A stretch of 64,000 nucleotides of DNA from Phaeosaccion multiseriatum (taxonomy: Eukaryota; Protista; Ochrophyta, other classes), in contig OZ218958.1 in NCBI GenBank assembly GCA_965112735.1, positions 992,001-1,056,000 on the forward strand. Direction: 5' to 3'. Numbering within the stretch: position 1 is the stretch's first letter; every line of letters starts with the position of its first letter. The notes beneath the pieces were generated by a model. It had not been told where the DNA came from and did no database searches. It worked only from the letters and a program-made list of their open reading frames with translations. Made by a program: the position numbers and the translations under genes. Shown piece after piece: positions 1 through 14,200 of this stretch.

Positions 1-3000
1 CTCGCGGATGGTCAGAGGGGTGGAGGAGGGGGGGGGGGGTATGCATCTGCGCCGTCGCCCGCTGGAGTTGGGCAGCATGGGGGTAGCACTGTCGCCGCCG
101 CCGCCGCCACGGCTGCTTCTCCTCCGGTGCCAGTAGTGGGGGTGAAGGGTGAGGATGGGGGAGCTGTGAATCACCTCACCCCAGCGCTTGTGAAGATGGA
201 GGACACGTTGGTGATACAGCCACAGCAGCCGCAGCACTTGAAGGCTGCTGGAGCGGGGACTCACATGATGTCCAAGCTTGCCCCTTCTTCGTCTGCTGAA
301 GCAGCTACTACGCACGCGGGGACGAGAAGCCAAGTGAAGGCAGAGCAGCACCAGCAAGAGAAGGTCAAGACAGAGCAAGAGCAGATCAAGGCAGAGGCGT
401 ATAATGGCAACGCGCCCCTTCCAGAGGCGCTCAAGGCGAACAGCAGGGCCTACAAGGCCAGAGACTTGCCCCACGCCCCAATGTCGCGGTACATTGAGAG
501 GCGCGTGCATCATTTGCTGGCGGTGCTGGCACGACAGCAGGAGGAGAGGGACGCTGCAGCAGACAAGCGGAGGTCCAGCAGAGGCGTCGTGTCCGGGGGG
601 GGGGCAGTGGCAGCAGCGGGAGCACCAGTGGGAGCACCAGCACCAGTACCAGCAGCGCCAGCAGCGCCAGCAGCGCCAGCAGCAGGAGGAGCACCAGCAG
701 CAGGAGGAGCACCAGCTGGTGATACAGCAGCAGGAAGGCACAACAAGCCTGGCAGGCAGGAGGCGGCAGGAGCGGTGAGCATCCGACTGGTATCTAGCGT
801 GGATGGCTACCACGACGTGAGTAGGGTGGTGCGGGAGGCGTTTGCCGCTCCCGAAGGCCTCCAGAACGTTCCGGAGCGCCTGGACTACTGTTCCAAGGCG
901 CTGGTGATGTTCCAGGAGGTGGACGGGGTGGACGTGTGTCTGTTCAGCATGTATGTGCAGGAGTACGGGGCGGATGCACCGGACTGCAACGCCCGGAGGG
1001 TCTACATTAGTTACCTCGACAGTGTGGAGTATTTCCGGCCGCGCACCGCACGTACGCAAGTCTATCAGGTGCGCTATTACGACAGAGGCCCAACCGCCGC
1101 TCACGGCTTGGATCTCGTCGTATATGCGTCGCACTTGTCCATCTCTGGGGTTTGGTGGGCATGTTTCTGTCTCCTTCGTGTGTGTGTGTGTGTTCCCCCT
1201 GTTTTCTCCACTTTAGCGTTTCGTCTCTCCAACTAAAATCTGCATTTCGTCATCATATACACACGCCCAACTAACCAAGTACCCAACCAACCAACCAACC
1301 AACCAATGCGAGCAGGAGATTCTAGTGTCTTACCTCGACTGGGTGAGGCGACGCGGATTCAAGTCCGCACACATCTGGAGCTGCCCTCCGCAGCGCGGCA
1401 ACAACTTCATCTTCTGGTGCCATCCTGCCCATCAGCGGACCCCGTCCAGAGAGCGACTTGTCGACTGGTATCGAACCATGTTACGGCGAGCGGAGCAGCT
1501 GGGCGTCGTGCGTAAGGTGGACAACTTGCATAGCAAGTGCTTCCAAGAGGTGGCCAGAGTGCTGCATCTTCATCGGACAGGGGCGGCGGAAGACAGCGAG
1601 CTGAAACCCCCCTTGCCCCCCGTGTTTGAGGGTGACTACTGGATGGAGGAGGCGGCGCGTTTGGCCAAGCTCGTGGAGAAGAAGAGCGACGCGGACTTTG
1701 TGGCCGAGCATTTGTCGCCGATTGACCTCTGCAGGTACGTGCATGGGTGGATGCGTGTATGTGTGTGCGTGCGTGTGTGGGTGCGTGTGTCAAGGGTTAG
1801 AAGCGGAGACGTAAGGGGGGGGGGGAGGGGAGGGAAGCAGAAGGGGCTGGCGGTCGGGTGGGGCGGTTTGGTGTGCCTTGCGGGTGTTCATCCATTCCGT
1901 TACGGTTATTTGCTTACACATCGCATGCTGCCTCGAGGTACATTGCTCCCCCTCATCCACCTTGATCCTTGACTCACTCCGTTTTGTCTTTCCTCTGCGC
2001 TGCATCTTTTTCCGGTCTGTATCTGCGCCTCTCGTCTCTTTGCCTGTCTGTCACTCTCTCTCTGTCCCCAATAACAGGTCTGCTCTGGAAGAGCTGTGTG
2101 CAGACCCCCGCAGCGCCCCCTTCCTGGCACCGGTGGATCCCGTCGCACACGACTGCGCCGACTACTTTACGTGAGTGTATGTGTGTGCGTGTGTGCATGC
2201 CGATTTGTGTGTTGTTATTGTGTGTCTCTCTCTCTACCCGTTGTCGTCGTTGTGCTCTCTGTTGCATACGCACTCACCCACCCTCGCACCCACCAACGCT
2301 CGCACGCACCCACGCACCCCGCTCGTCTCGACAGCATTGTCAAGCACCCTATGGACCTCGGTCTAGTGCGGCAGAAGCTTGAGGGTGGCAAGTACAGTAC
2401 AGCAGCTCTCTTCGCCGCCGACGTTCGCCTCACCTTCAACAACAGCACCACCTACAACCCGCCCAGGCACCCCGTTCACGCCTCTGCTCGGTACCTGTCC
2501 ACTTGTTTTAACCGCAGTGTGTCTCGCTTGCTCAAGCAGATGAAGGAGAGACTGGGGAGGAACGTGTCGTTGGCAGACGTGTGCTTGGATGAGGAGGTGG
2601 AGGAGGTAGAGCTCAGTCCACGAGCCAAGGACGAGGTGGGATTCTCTCGCCTCGGGCCCGGTGAGCGGGAAGACGGGGCCGGGGGAGGAGAAGGAGGAGG
2701 ACGGAAGCGGTCGGGTAGTCAGCACTCCGCGTCTGCAGCCAAGAGCCTGGCAGCTGCGGACGGGACCAAGTCGTCGCCATCGGAGAGTGAGGCTGTCGAC
2801 ACTTCATCTGCCACCGCAGGCCGAGGGGCAGGTGTGGTCAAGAGCAGCAGCAGCAGCAGCATCGGTACCGGGAGTGCATCGTCGTCTTCCCCCATCACAT
2901 CCGCCGTTGCTGCAGGTGCTGCTGCGGCTGTTGCTGTGACCGGTGCTTCTGCTTCCCTTCCCGACGTTTCGGACCACCCCCCAACTCCGCTTCCAAGCCT

Positions 3001-3431
3001 GTGTAATCGAGGCCGCATGGCGTCCATGTCGTTTAGCAATTTCTACGGTGCTGAGAATGCCGCTCTGCGAAGACAGGACAGTCTGTCGTCGGCCAGTTTG
3101 CATGACCTTGTGAGGGTTGACTCATCATCGTCGGCGGGCGTTGACGACCTGGGTGGTGGTGTAGAGGCAGCAGGCAGCAACACCACCACCGAGAATGGCG
3201 CCAGCACCAGCGGTCAAGCAAGAAGCTTTTCGCATCCGCCCTGGTCTGCGGCGGGCGGTGTTGGGCTCAAGGAGGAGTCGCCTGCCAACAGAGACGCACA
3301 ACGGACACCACATGGAGAGCGGGGAGGGCGCTTGGAGAGCCTGGAAGAAGACGGGGGGGATGGAGACGGTGGGGATGGGTACGGCGATGCCATGTCGGTG
3401 TGCAGCGAAGGAAGCGGGGCTGTTGGTGATA

Positions 3432-3465
<34 letters not shown>

Positions 3466-5282
3466 GGCAGTTGGTGATGGGTTGTTGATACAGCAGCAGC
3501 AGCAGCCGGAAGGGAAGCAGCCGTCCGCGCTGCAGATGAGTATGAGGGGGAAAGTGATGACAGGCTTCCCTCTGACAAACGCGGTACCTGCTGCCGCTCC
3601 GAGGGCCAGCACCACCGCCAGCCGAAGCAGCAGCAGCAGTAGCAGCAGCCCCCCCCTGACCGGAGCCACCGCAGGGTCTAGTCTTTCTGAGCTTTCCGTC
3701 TCGAATCCTCGAAAGGGCGCCAGAGCGAGCAAATTAAGCAAGAAGGTCCTCAAGAGCACAGCAGGAGCAGCAGGAGCAGCAGGACCAGCAGGAGCAGCCC
3801 GATCGGAGGTCCTCAGCAGCAGCAGTAGGACCAGCAGCAGCGTCCCGAACCCCCCAGGGGGCATCCCCAACGTCCCGGGGGGGTCGGCGGCTCCAGACTC
3901 TGGCACGGGCACGAGTACTGCTTGCAGTGGCAGCCCCCCCCCCCCTCCTTCCCATGCATGCACCCCCCCCTGCCCGCCAACTGAGCGCCTCCGCCCCGGG
4001 TAGTAGTAGCACCCCGAGTACCGGGGTCAGCTGTAGTAGTGCCGTGGTGGTCGGAGAGGCGGGACGAGGTGGGGACAGCGGTGTTGGTGGTGGGGGTGGC
4101 GGTGGTGGTGGCGGTGGCGGCGGCGGAGTGGCTCGGGGCTGGGGAGGAGGTTCCGAGGATGGGCACGAAGGGCACGCTGGCTACAGCTCGGAGAATGGGT
4201 CCACGGGCACCAATGGTACGTGTGGTACCTCAGGCACTGGGCGAAGCGGCAGTCGAATGAGCAGTTTGGTGAACGGTCTGCCTTGCCAGCGGACAGTCAA
4301 GGGCAAGAAGACCAAGTGGTTGCTGTCTCAACTGTGCAAGGGGGTGGACAGGATGAAGCGTGACTTGCTCGTTGTGGAGCTGGCGCCGTGGGATGAACCG
4401 CTCCCGGCGGGCAAGCCGAGGTCGGACGAGTCGGCGGCACAGTCGCAGGAGGAGGAGGAGGCAGGTGGGGCGAGCAGACGAGAAGGGCTTCGGGAACCCA
4501 AGCCTAGGGAAGAGGTACTGCAAAGACAGGGGCTCGCCGGTAGAGCAGGCGCGGGCCGAGGAGGAGGTCGAGGGGCTTCAGCTCTGCTCGAGCCAGGGGA
4601 AGGAGGTCGGGAGTGGGAAGCTGCAGTGCCCCTGCCTGCTGATTTGAAGCTGCACCCGTTGACGTGTGCGGACCCCGATCCGACCGTTACGCGGCCCTTG
4701 CTGGATTCGAGGCACACACTGCTGGAGACGTGTCAGTTCCGTCACTACCAGTATGACTCCCTTCGTCGGGCCAAGCATTCGTCGGCGATGATGCTTTACC
4801 ACCTACATCGCCCGGAGAGCCACAGTCTCAACCCCTTCTGCTCGAGTTGCAAGGAGCCCATGCGAGACGTTCGATGGCACTGTCCAAGCTGCACAGACTA
4901 CGACCTTTGCAACGATTGTGAGCCGAGGTCCTTCGTCTTGCACCCCGGCCACTTGCTCACCCCCTGTCGCGTAACGTTTGCAGTAGCGGAGAGCAGCGAT
5001 GACGCCAACGGTGGTGGTGGCGAGCAGGGAGGGGCGGTGATGGGGTCTACCTCTGTTACTGCTGCTGCTGCTGCTGTTGCTGGCGGTGGAGGTGGAGGTG
5101 GTGGTGCTGCCGATGTGCCTGCAGATGCACAAACGACAAGAGGGGCTCCTGCTTCTGCCGCGGAGACTGCACACGCTACGGCCGTACCACCAACTTGTGC
5201 GGCCGGCGGGGATGCTGGAGCTGCTGGGGAGGAGGGTCCGGGCGCCACCAGTGGCGATGCCTTTCCCAGTGCTGGCGAGTGA
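1..5282 (+). CDS. CBP/p300-like (KAT11) histone acetyltransferase, 5'-partial; HAT domain, bromodomain, ZZ zinc finger. Exons approx <127-1068, 1316-1734, 2078-2170, 2335-5282 (frame slip at C-run 3934-3945)
   Basis: p300 HAT motifs DGVDVCLFSMYVQEYG, RVYISYLDSV, AHIWSCPP..G.NFIF..HP, FEGDYW, DSLRRAKHSS.MML.HLH; bromodomain PFLAPVDP..DY..IVKHPMDL..F..DVRL.F.N..YN; ZZ C-x2-C..RWHC..C.DYDLC..C; GT-AG junctions keep the frame. Confidence 0.9.
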
Positions 5283-5952
5283 ATGCTAACCTGCTGTAAC
5301 TACTGTAACTGCCTCGGGGTTGCGAGAGATTGTTGCCAGCAGAGGGTTGAGTGAGTGTGAGGAAAATGTGTCAGAAGGCAGGGGGACCAAAGAGGAGAGA
5401 GGGAGAAGGGGAGAGAAGCATAGCAGAGAGTGAGAGGGAGAGAGAGGGAGAGAGGGGGGGTGAGGGAGGGATGGCAGAGAGAGAGAGAAGGGGGGAGGGA
5501 GGGGGACAGCAAGGTAGAGAGAGAGGGGGGGGGTGTGGATTGAGGTGAGCAGGAGCAGCAGGAAGGGGACCGAGAGGGTCCATCATTCAATGCTCTGTTC
5601 ATCGCACATTAAGGGGGTTTCGAATCGACTGGCATTGGGTGCCATAGACAACGAACAGCATTTTTTACAGTACAATTAACACAGTAAATGTACGCAATAT
5701 AATAATATTTATATATATTATACACAACCACCCCTTTTTCTGCATAGTTGAACCCTAAACAAGGGGGGGGGGGGGTAGTAGAGGAAAAGAGGATGTGGTC
5801 ATTCATTACACGCACCGAACCGTGACTCAAACCACGCAAGAAAGACCTTTGCTCTGCTGCGCGTGCACCCGGCAGTAGAGCAAAGAGTATGAGGTCATTC
5901 GCATGTGGCTTGAGTCACGGCTCGGTGCGTGTAATGAGGAGCGCATTCGAGT

Positions 5953-6424
5953 TCAGTTGTCCTCCTCTTGACTTTCTTCTTCGTCTTCGTCCTCCTCTTC
6001 GTCTTCCTCCTCCTCGTCCTCCTCTTCACTGCCTCCTTCTGCTTCGCTGTCTCCGTCCTGGCCCCCCTCTTCGTCGTCGTCGTCCTCACCGTCGTCCTCG
6101 TCGTCGTCCTCGTCCTCCTCGTCGTCCTCCTCCTCGCCAGCTGCCAGCTTCTTCTGGCGCCTCTCCTCTCTGTCCTTGTCCCTTTTCGCCTTCTTTTCTT
6201 CCTCCCGGGCCTTCTTTTTGGCAACATTCTCCGCCTGCGATCACAGATAAATGTCAACACAACCAACCCGACAACACGGGAGTATCAAGGGGGGGGGGGA
6301 GGAAGGACGATTGCAGGTATGTTAGAAAACCTACAGGACGACAAGAGGACATGTGAGCAATCGCACGTGATCCCTATATTCTGGAACGGTACCTCTCTCT
6401 CGCCCACATTCCCTCCCGCCCTGT

Positions 6425-6459
<35 letters not shown>

Positions 6460-6773
6460 CCCGCCCCTCCTTCCCTCCCTCCCTCTCCCTGCCTGCCTCC
6501 CTGCCCCTCCCTCCCTCCCTCCCTCTCTCCCTCCCTCCCTGCCTGCCCCTCCCTCCCCCTTCCTCCCTCCGTCCCTCCCTCTCTGCCCATGTGCCTGCCC
6601 GTATGCCTGCCGCTGTACACACCTGCTCGGCCTTTCTCTTCCGTCTGAGGCGATCTTTCTCCTCCACCTTGGCCTTTGTTGCCGCAGCCTCCTCGGGCGT
6701 CTTGTGAATGTACGAGTGGTAGAGGGTGGCACCATTGCACAGACCACGCTCCACCTGATGAAACGTCCGATAA

Positions 6774-6804
<31 letters not shown>

Positions 6805-7384
6805 GGAGAGACAAAGAGAGACAGAGGGAGGAGAAGAGGGAAGAGAGTAAGAGGGAGAAAGAGATAATCAGAGAGAGACAGAATGAGGGAGAGAAGATGG
6901 ATAGATAACAAAGGAAAACAGATGCACTAGAGAGATGTCGATAGTTTTGGAAGTAATCGCTGCTCAACCTGCTCTCTCCCGCCGGCATCTCCTCTCTCTT
7001 ACGCTTACTTACTCGTTCGTACAACTACGATATATATAATATATATAACATATAATATATATAATATGCATAACATATAATATTAATACTTCTATAATAC
7101 TTCCATAATTTGTATATATATTCTCTCTCTATATATATATATATATATTGCGTACCTTCATGAGTTGCAGCGACATCCTGGGGCCAAGCTCCTGCAGCTT
7201 GATGGCGCTCTTCTGCGCTTTGCTGTTGCCCCTCCCCACATACCTAAGCGCACACACACACAAACACATATGCGCACAACACAGACACACAATTGTAAGG
7301 TTGGGTGTTGGTTTCTGGGGCTGACTCCTTGTAGTCCAGACATACTGTCTCTATCGATCCTCACGCACCGTAGCGGGGCCAAGT

Positions 7385-7424
<40 letters not shown>

Positions 7425-8826
7425 TACACACAGGTACACACACGCACACACAAACACACACACCCACACCCACACACAGATACACACACACATTTCTCAT
7501 CTATACCCACGTATCATCACGTACCGATCGGGTAGCACCACCTTCGCGTCTTCGTCCTCCGCCTCGCTATCACTCAGCCCTCCGGCGCCCCCCAGCCCAT
7601 TGACATAGTCACTAATGTCCTCCAGGCGGTGAAGGTCGGGCGTTTTGGCCTGCACAACCTTCTTGACGGCCCTTGTTAGACCCGAGGGGACGGCTGTCAC
7701 CAGGTAGTGACGCATCAGAACCTGAGGGGTTCCGTTGTTCCGTGGTATCGGTGGGGTTCGGTGGGGCGAGAGAGAGAGAGAGAGAAGGGGGGTGTAGTAT
7801 GTCAGCGGGTGTGTAGCATGTCAATGGGTGGGTGGGCGTGTGTGTCGTCTGTATGTATGGAGCAGAGGAGGGAGGAGGGAGCGTTGGGTGTGTCGGCAAG
7901 GCAATATTTCATATTTCTAGTCTTTTTCGTCTACTTCTGTGACTTTACACCAAAATAGAGTTCATTCAGTTCCTCAACTTCAAGGGTAAGAGCACCGGGG
8001 AAAAACTACACATCCAGCCGCCAAGCACTAGCCCACCCCCCCGGGGGTCTTTGTTATCTTCTGACACTCACTGAGTAACCTCCTCCGTCTTTTAACAAAC
8101 ATGAATCACTCACCTCCTCCGTGTCTTTGTTATAGTCGAACAGCACAACCCTTCGGCACTCCGCCAGCTTGACGTAGCTCACATTGATCTGCGGAAACAT
8201 GTTCTGCGAGATCGAGAAGATGGCAGCAGACGGGGGATAGATGGCAGCAGATGAGGCATTGATGGCAGCAGATGGAGGATAGATGCTAGAGGGGTAGGTT
8301 AGAGGGAAGGGAGGTAGGTAGGTGGGTAGGTAGGTGGGTAGGTAGGTGGGTGGGTAGGTAGGTAGGCAGAGATGTAGGTAGATATGTAGATAGGCAGGGA
8401 GGATAGGAACTTGGTTGGTCATATATGTATGTGCTAATGTACGCTCGTACCTGGAATGTGATCTTCATGAGCTTGACCTGTGATGCCGCAGAGGAGTCGC
8501 CAAAGTTGTTGAGTATCACCAACGGGGCGGTGCGAAACGCCACGGAGGCCTCCAGAGGCCTCTTATGCAAAGAGCGCACGTGGCGAGTGAGAGAGTACTT
8601 TACCACCTTAAAGGTCAGTGTAGGGCCCTCGGGGGCGCGGGTTATCCGGTATGTCAGGCTGGAAACAGCGGTGACGGGAAAACCGCCAAGTGAGGAGAGA
8701 TGGTGAGAGAAGAGACGGTGGAGGAGGGTTTGGGGGGGGGGGGGGGGGGGGGTGGAGGTGTTGGTGGGTGTGAGGTTGGTTGGAGGGAGGCAGAGAGAGA
8801 GAGAAAGGGAGAGAGAGAGGGAGAGG

Positions 8827-8857
<31 letters not shown>

Positions 8858-9822
8858 AGAGAGAGATGAGATAGAGAGACAAGACAGACGGAGAGAGAAA
8901 GAGAGGGAGAGAGAGGGGGGGGGGGGGGGAGGGACTACTCAATATCAAGCTGTTTATACTTCTCGCTCAGAGTTCTCTCTCTGGCTCTAATCTCTCTCTC
9001 TTTCTCTCCTGCCTTCGACTCTCTTTCTCTCTCTTCTCTTCTCTCTCTCCCTCTCCCTCTCCCTCACACAGCCACACACACACGCCGCACAGTCCACACA
9101 CACACACACGCAGGCACGCACCTGGCGCTGGTCTGGCTGAGCATGAGCAAATGGGTGATGCCCAGAGGGCCGCACACCTCTACGTAGTCCTTCAGAGTGT
9201 TCTTGGAACGTTCGCGAAGGTTCCGCGCAGTGTTAGGCTCCATCATGCGGCGTAAGTCAGAGATCAAGTCGTGCACATTCTGGTGCACCTGTTTGGTACA
9301 ATAGGGAGGGGTGACGCCAGTTGTGGGGAGGGGGGAGGATGGGGTGAGATGAGGGGATAGGGGGGGAGATGGCGATGAGGAGGAGAAGGGCCTTCTTGTT
9401 CACAATTCACTCTTTTGTCCTCTGTTTCTGACGCACCTTTCCTTTTCGAAAGACAAAACTCTTGGGCACCCTCTGCTCCCCCTGTTCATCGGCAGTGAGG
9501 GCGGCTCCCTTTGGCCCCTCCCCGAGGTTGTGCGTGTGGGTCTTTCTCTGTTGTGTTGGAACAAAAAGAGACAGACATGCAAAGGGGGGTGAGGAAGCAA
9601 GAGTCCCCGAGTCCAAGAGGAGCAATGCAGGGGTGTGGGAGGGGGGTCAGCAAGATGTCAAGGTGTGTGGGTGTGCCTACCGACCAAGCTCGAGCTGTGG
9701 GCCCATCAATCGTCACCATCACCACCACACCAGCAACACCACTGCGGGGATATGGAAGAGGTCGATCTGAGCACCGACAAGCTTTCTCTCTTACGTACCC
9801 TTCTTCCTCCTTTCTTGGGCAT
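5953..9822 (-). CDS. PPAN: Peter Pan / Ssf1 Brix-domain ribosome biogenesis protein (multi-exon)
   Basis: Exons read [109 protein letters not shown], then an acidic tail ending in TGA. Confidence 0.93.
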
Positions 9823-10289
9823 CGGGGCACGCCGCTCTTTGTCTTTTGCAGCCTTCTGTTTAGAATGAGACCCCCTTTAGGAGAGCCGATGTTCCCCACC
9901 TCCTTCTGGCAAAAGATGAGGAACCGCTGCTGCCGAGTCCCGTCGCCAACAATCCTCCCTTCCACCTCCCCTCCTCTCCTCTATCCTTTTCAGCTGTGCG
10001 ATTATACTGGAAGGCCGGCTCCAAAGTCGCTTACGCTGCTCCGCCGCCACCCCCGCTCCTGCTCTCCAGCTGCTCCTGGTCTGCTCTGTTCTTCTGTCTT
10101 TCTTCTCGGAAGGCCCTGTGCCGCTGGTGGTTGGCTGTTGTTTCTTTGTTTACGTTTGCTTATCGTCTCCCTCTGGTTGGTTGGGCTCTGTCGCCGGAGG
10201 GCCCGTATACCTCCATCTCTTACGTAAGGGACCCTCACACGATCTCAACGATCCAATCAGCATATTTCGTGAGGGCGTGTGAGGGCAGG

Positions 10290-11243
10290 ATGAGGGTAAG
10301 GGAGAGATCGCCATTGCGGCAGAGAGTATCTCTTCTCTTTGTGCTCGTGGCGGCTGCGTTGAACCTGGTGGGCGCCGATATCTACCACTACAATGACCTT
10401 AAAGTCGGGGTAAGGAAAAAGGAGAGAGGGAGGGCAGGGGAAGCTACAGGCAGAGAGGGGTGGTGGGGATTGCAAGTTCTCTTGATGTCGATGCACGTGG
10501 AAGACTGGGTAGTGGATAATGGCCTCGCAAGTTGGTGGAGATACTCTAGTCTTGGCCGAGGCAAAGGCTTGCAGCAGTGACCTCTTTTATAAGAGAAGAA
10601 ATGAATGACCGCGTGGGGAAGTAAGTCTTTCCATCTGCCTCAGAACAAATGCGGACAGAGAGGGAGGAGAGTTTCAGGGAAGATCACATCATTTTGCCTG
10701 TCCTGCCACCTACCTTTCGCACAGAGTGGGAACACATCTGGACTCTTACCACCATCGCAAAAGACCGTCGCAGCTCACTTTCTCTCCCTCTCCCTACCCC
10801 CTTTCTCCTTCCTCCTCCTACTGCTACTGCTTGCTGCTGCTACATACCCCCGACTCTCTCCCTGGCCTTCGCCTTCCCCCTCCCCTCCCTCTCTCCCCTT
10901 GTCCCGTAGCCGAACAAGCTCATCTACCGCGAGTCGGGCATGTTCAGCCACGACGACGCTCCCGCCAAGAGCGCCCCTGGACACGGTGACAGCTTCATCA
11001 AGCTCTCGTAAGTCACCAATACTTCACCCCCCTCTCTCTCTTGTGTTTACTTTCTCTTCTCCGTCTCCCTCTGCCTCTCCCGCTCTTTCTGTCTTACTCT
11101 CTTTCTGTGTGTGTCTGTCTCTCTGTCTGTGTGTGTGCCTTGCCCATCTCTCTCTCTATGTGTGCACGCTCTCCTCTTTCGTCCATGCAAACCCACCCCC
11201 TCCTCACCCCATGGGTGTCGCCCTTCTTTGCTTCCACGCATCA

Positions 11244-11299
<56 letters not shown>

Positions 11300-14200
11300 A
11301 TATCATCATCATCAATGAATGCTTTAAACGCGCTCACTGTATGTACTGTTCCGTCATCACAAAACAACAAACAGAGATCTCGCTTTCCGAAAGTACATGG
11401 ACCGGAGCTGCGGTTACATAGGAAGTGGCTGGGACGAGCCCTGGTACTATGACGACGATTTTCCATACTACGCCTCCTCCTCCTCCTCGTCGTCGGACCC
11501 CTGCACGGCCAGGGCCACACTTCAGGTGGTCATTTTCAACTATAGAGACTTTGCTTCTTTGGGCCACATGGATAGCGAGGGCACCCCCCACTACTGCTGC
11601 GGTGTGGAGGAGGTGGGGGCTCGAGGCTGTGAGGCGAAGGACATGGGAAGGCTGATTGTCAAGGACCCCAGCATTTTGCTGCACGACCGAAGCATTGAAG
11701 TGAGCAGAGACCCCGGATTGGAGAGCACTTTCTACGATGCCGAGGACGGTCTATATGAGGTGGCCGAGACGGGTATGTATGTTGTACTCCTCGCCAATTG
11801 TGACCCGGCCGTGAGCATTGTCGTGAATGGCCACACCGAGTGGATGAATCCTTACGGTTACCTCCCGGGAGAGCTGTACGGAGCGCTGCCGTTCTTCTTG
11901 ACGCTATCGCTTTTGTACATTGTCCTTGCGGCGGTGTGGATGGCCCTGTGCTTCCAAAACACCAAGGTGAGAGGGGAGTGAGAGGGGAGTGACGAGATGG
12001 CAGTGGATGGCCATGAGTGAGGGATGGATGTCAGGACAGAGGGGTGAGGGGTGTCAGAACAGAAGGGTGAGGGGTGTCAGGACAGAGGGGTGAGGGGTGT
12101 CAGGACAGGGGTGAGGTGTGTCAGGACAGAGGGGTGAAGGGTGTCGGCCTCATGGAGAAGGGTGAGGAGTGACGAGTGTTGAGGGGTGAGGGGTGTCAGG
12201 ACAGAGGGGTGAGGGGTGTCAGGACAGAGGGGTGAGGGGTGTCAGGACAGAGGGGTGAGGTGTGTCAGGACAGAGGGGTGAAGGGTATCAGGACAGAGGG
12301 GTGAAGGGTGTCAGGACAGAGGGGTGAAGGGTGTCAGGAGAGAGGGGTGAGGGGTGTCAGGACAGAGGGGTGAGGTGTGTCAGGACAGAGGGGTGAGGGG
12401 TGTCAGGACAGAGGGGTGAGGGGTGTCAGGACAGAGGGGTGAGGGGTGTCAGGACAGAGGGGTGAGGGGTGTCAGGACAGAGGGGTGAGGGGTGTCAGGA
12501 CAGGAGGGGTGAGGGGTGTCAGGACAGGAGGGGTGAGGGGTGTCACGACAGAGGGGTGAAGGGTGTCAGGACAGAGGGGTGAGGTGTGTCAGGACAGAGG
12601 GGTGAAGGGTGTCGGCCTAATGGAGAAGGGTGAGGAGTGACGAGTGTTGAGGGGTGAGGGGTGTCAGGACAGAGGGGTGAGGGGTGTCAGGACAGAGGGG
12701 TGAGGAGTGTCAGGACAGAGGGGTGAGAGGTGTCAGGACAGAGGGGTGAGGTGTGTCAGGACAGAGGGGTGAGGGGTGTCAGGACAGAGGGGTGAGGTGT
12801 GTCAGGACACAGGGGTGAGGGGTGTCAGGACAGAGGGGTGAGGGGTGTCAGGACAGAGGGGTGAGGGGTGTCAGGACAGAGGGGTGAGGAGTGTCAGGAC
12901 AGAGGGGTGAGGGGTGTCAGGACAGAGGGGTGAGGAGTGTCAGGACAGAGGGGTAAGGAGTGTCAGGACAGAGGGGTGAGGGGTATCAGGACAGAGGGGT
13001 GAAGGGTGTCAGGACAGAGGGGTGAGGTGTGTCAGGACAGAGGGGTGAAGGGTGTCGGCCTAATGGAGAAGGGTGAGGAGTGACGAGTGTTGAGGGGTGA
13101 GGGGTGTCAGGACAGAGGGGTGAGGGGTGTCAGGAGAGAGGGGTGAGGGGTGTCAGGACAGAGGGGTGAGGTGTGTCAGGACAGAGGGGTGAAGGGTATC
13201 AGGACAGAGGGGTGAAGGGTGTCAGGACAGAGGGGTGAAGGGTGTCAGGACAGAGGGGTGAGGTGTGTCAGGACAGAGGGGTGAGGGGTGTCAGGACAGA
13301 GGGGTGAGGTGTGTCAGGACAGAGGGGTGAAGGGTATCAGGACAGAGGGGTGAAGGGTGTCAGGACAGAGGGGTGAAGGGTGTCAGGACAGAGGGGTGAG
13401 GGGTGTCAGGACAGAGGGGTGAAGGGTGTCAGGACAGAGGGGTGAAGGGTGTCAGGACAGAGGGGTGAGGTGTGTCAGGACAGAGGGGTGAGGTGTGTCA
13501 GGACAGAGGGGTGAGGGGTGTCAGGACAGAGGGGTGAAGGGTGTCAGGACAGAGGGGTGAGGTGTGTCAGGACAGAGGGGTGAGGGGTGTCAGGACAGAG
13601 GGGTGAAGGGTATCAGGACAGAGGGGTGAAGGGTGTCAGGACAGAGGGGTGAAGGGTATCAGGAGAGAGGGGTGAGGGGTGTCAGGACAGAGGGGTGAGG
13701 GGTGTCAGGACAGAGGGGTGAGGGGTGTCAGGACAGAGGGGTGAGGGGTGTCAGGACAGAGGGGTGAGGGGTGTCAGGACAGAGGGGTGAGGGGTGTCAG
13801 GACAGAGGGGTGAGGGGTGTCAGGACAGGAGGGGTGAGGGGTGTCAGGACAGGAGGGGTGAGGGGTGTCACGACAGAGGGGTGAAGGGTGTCAGGACAGA
13901 GGGGTGAGGTGTGTCAGGACAGAGGGGTGAAGGGTGTCGGCCTAATGGAGAAGGGTGAGGAGTGACGAGTGTTGAGGGGTGAGGGGTGTCAGGACAGAGG
14001 GGTGAGGGGTGTCAGGACAGAGGGGTGAGGAGTGTCAGGACAGAGGGGTGAGAGGTGTCAGGACAGAGGGGTGAGGTGTGTCAGGACAGAGGGGTGAGGG
14101 GTGTCAGGACAGAGGGGTGAGGTGTGTCAGGACACAGGGGTGAGGGGTGTCAGGACAGAGGGGTGAGGGGTGTCAGGACAGAGGGGTGAGGGGTGTCAGG

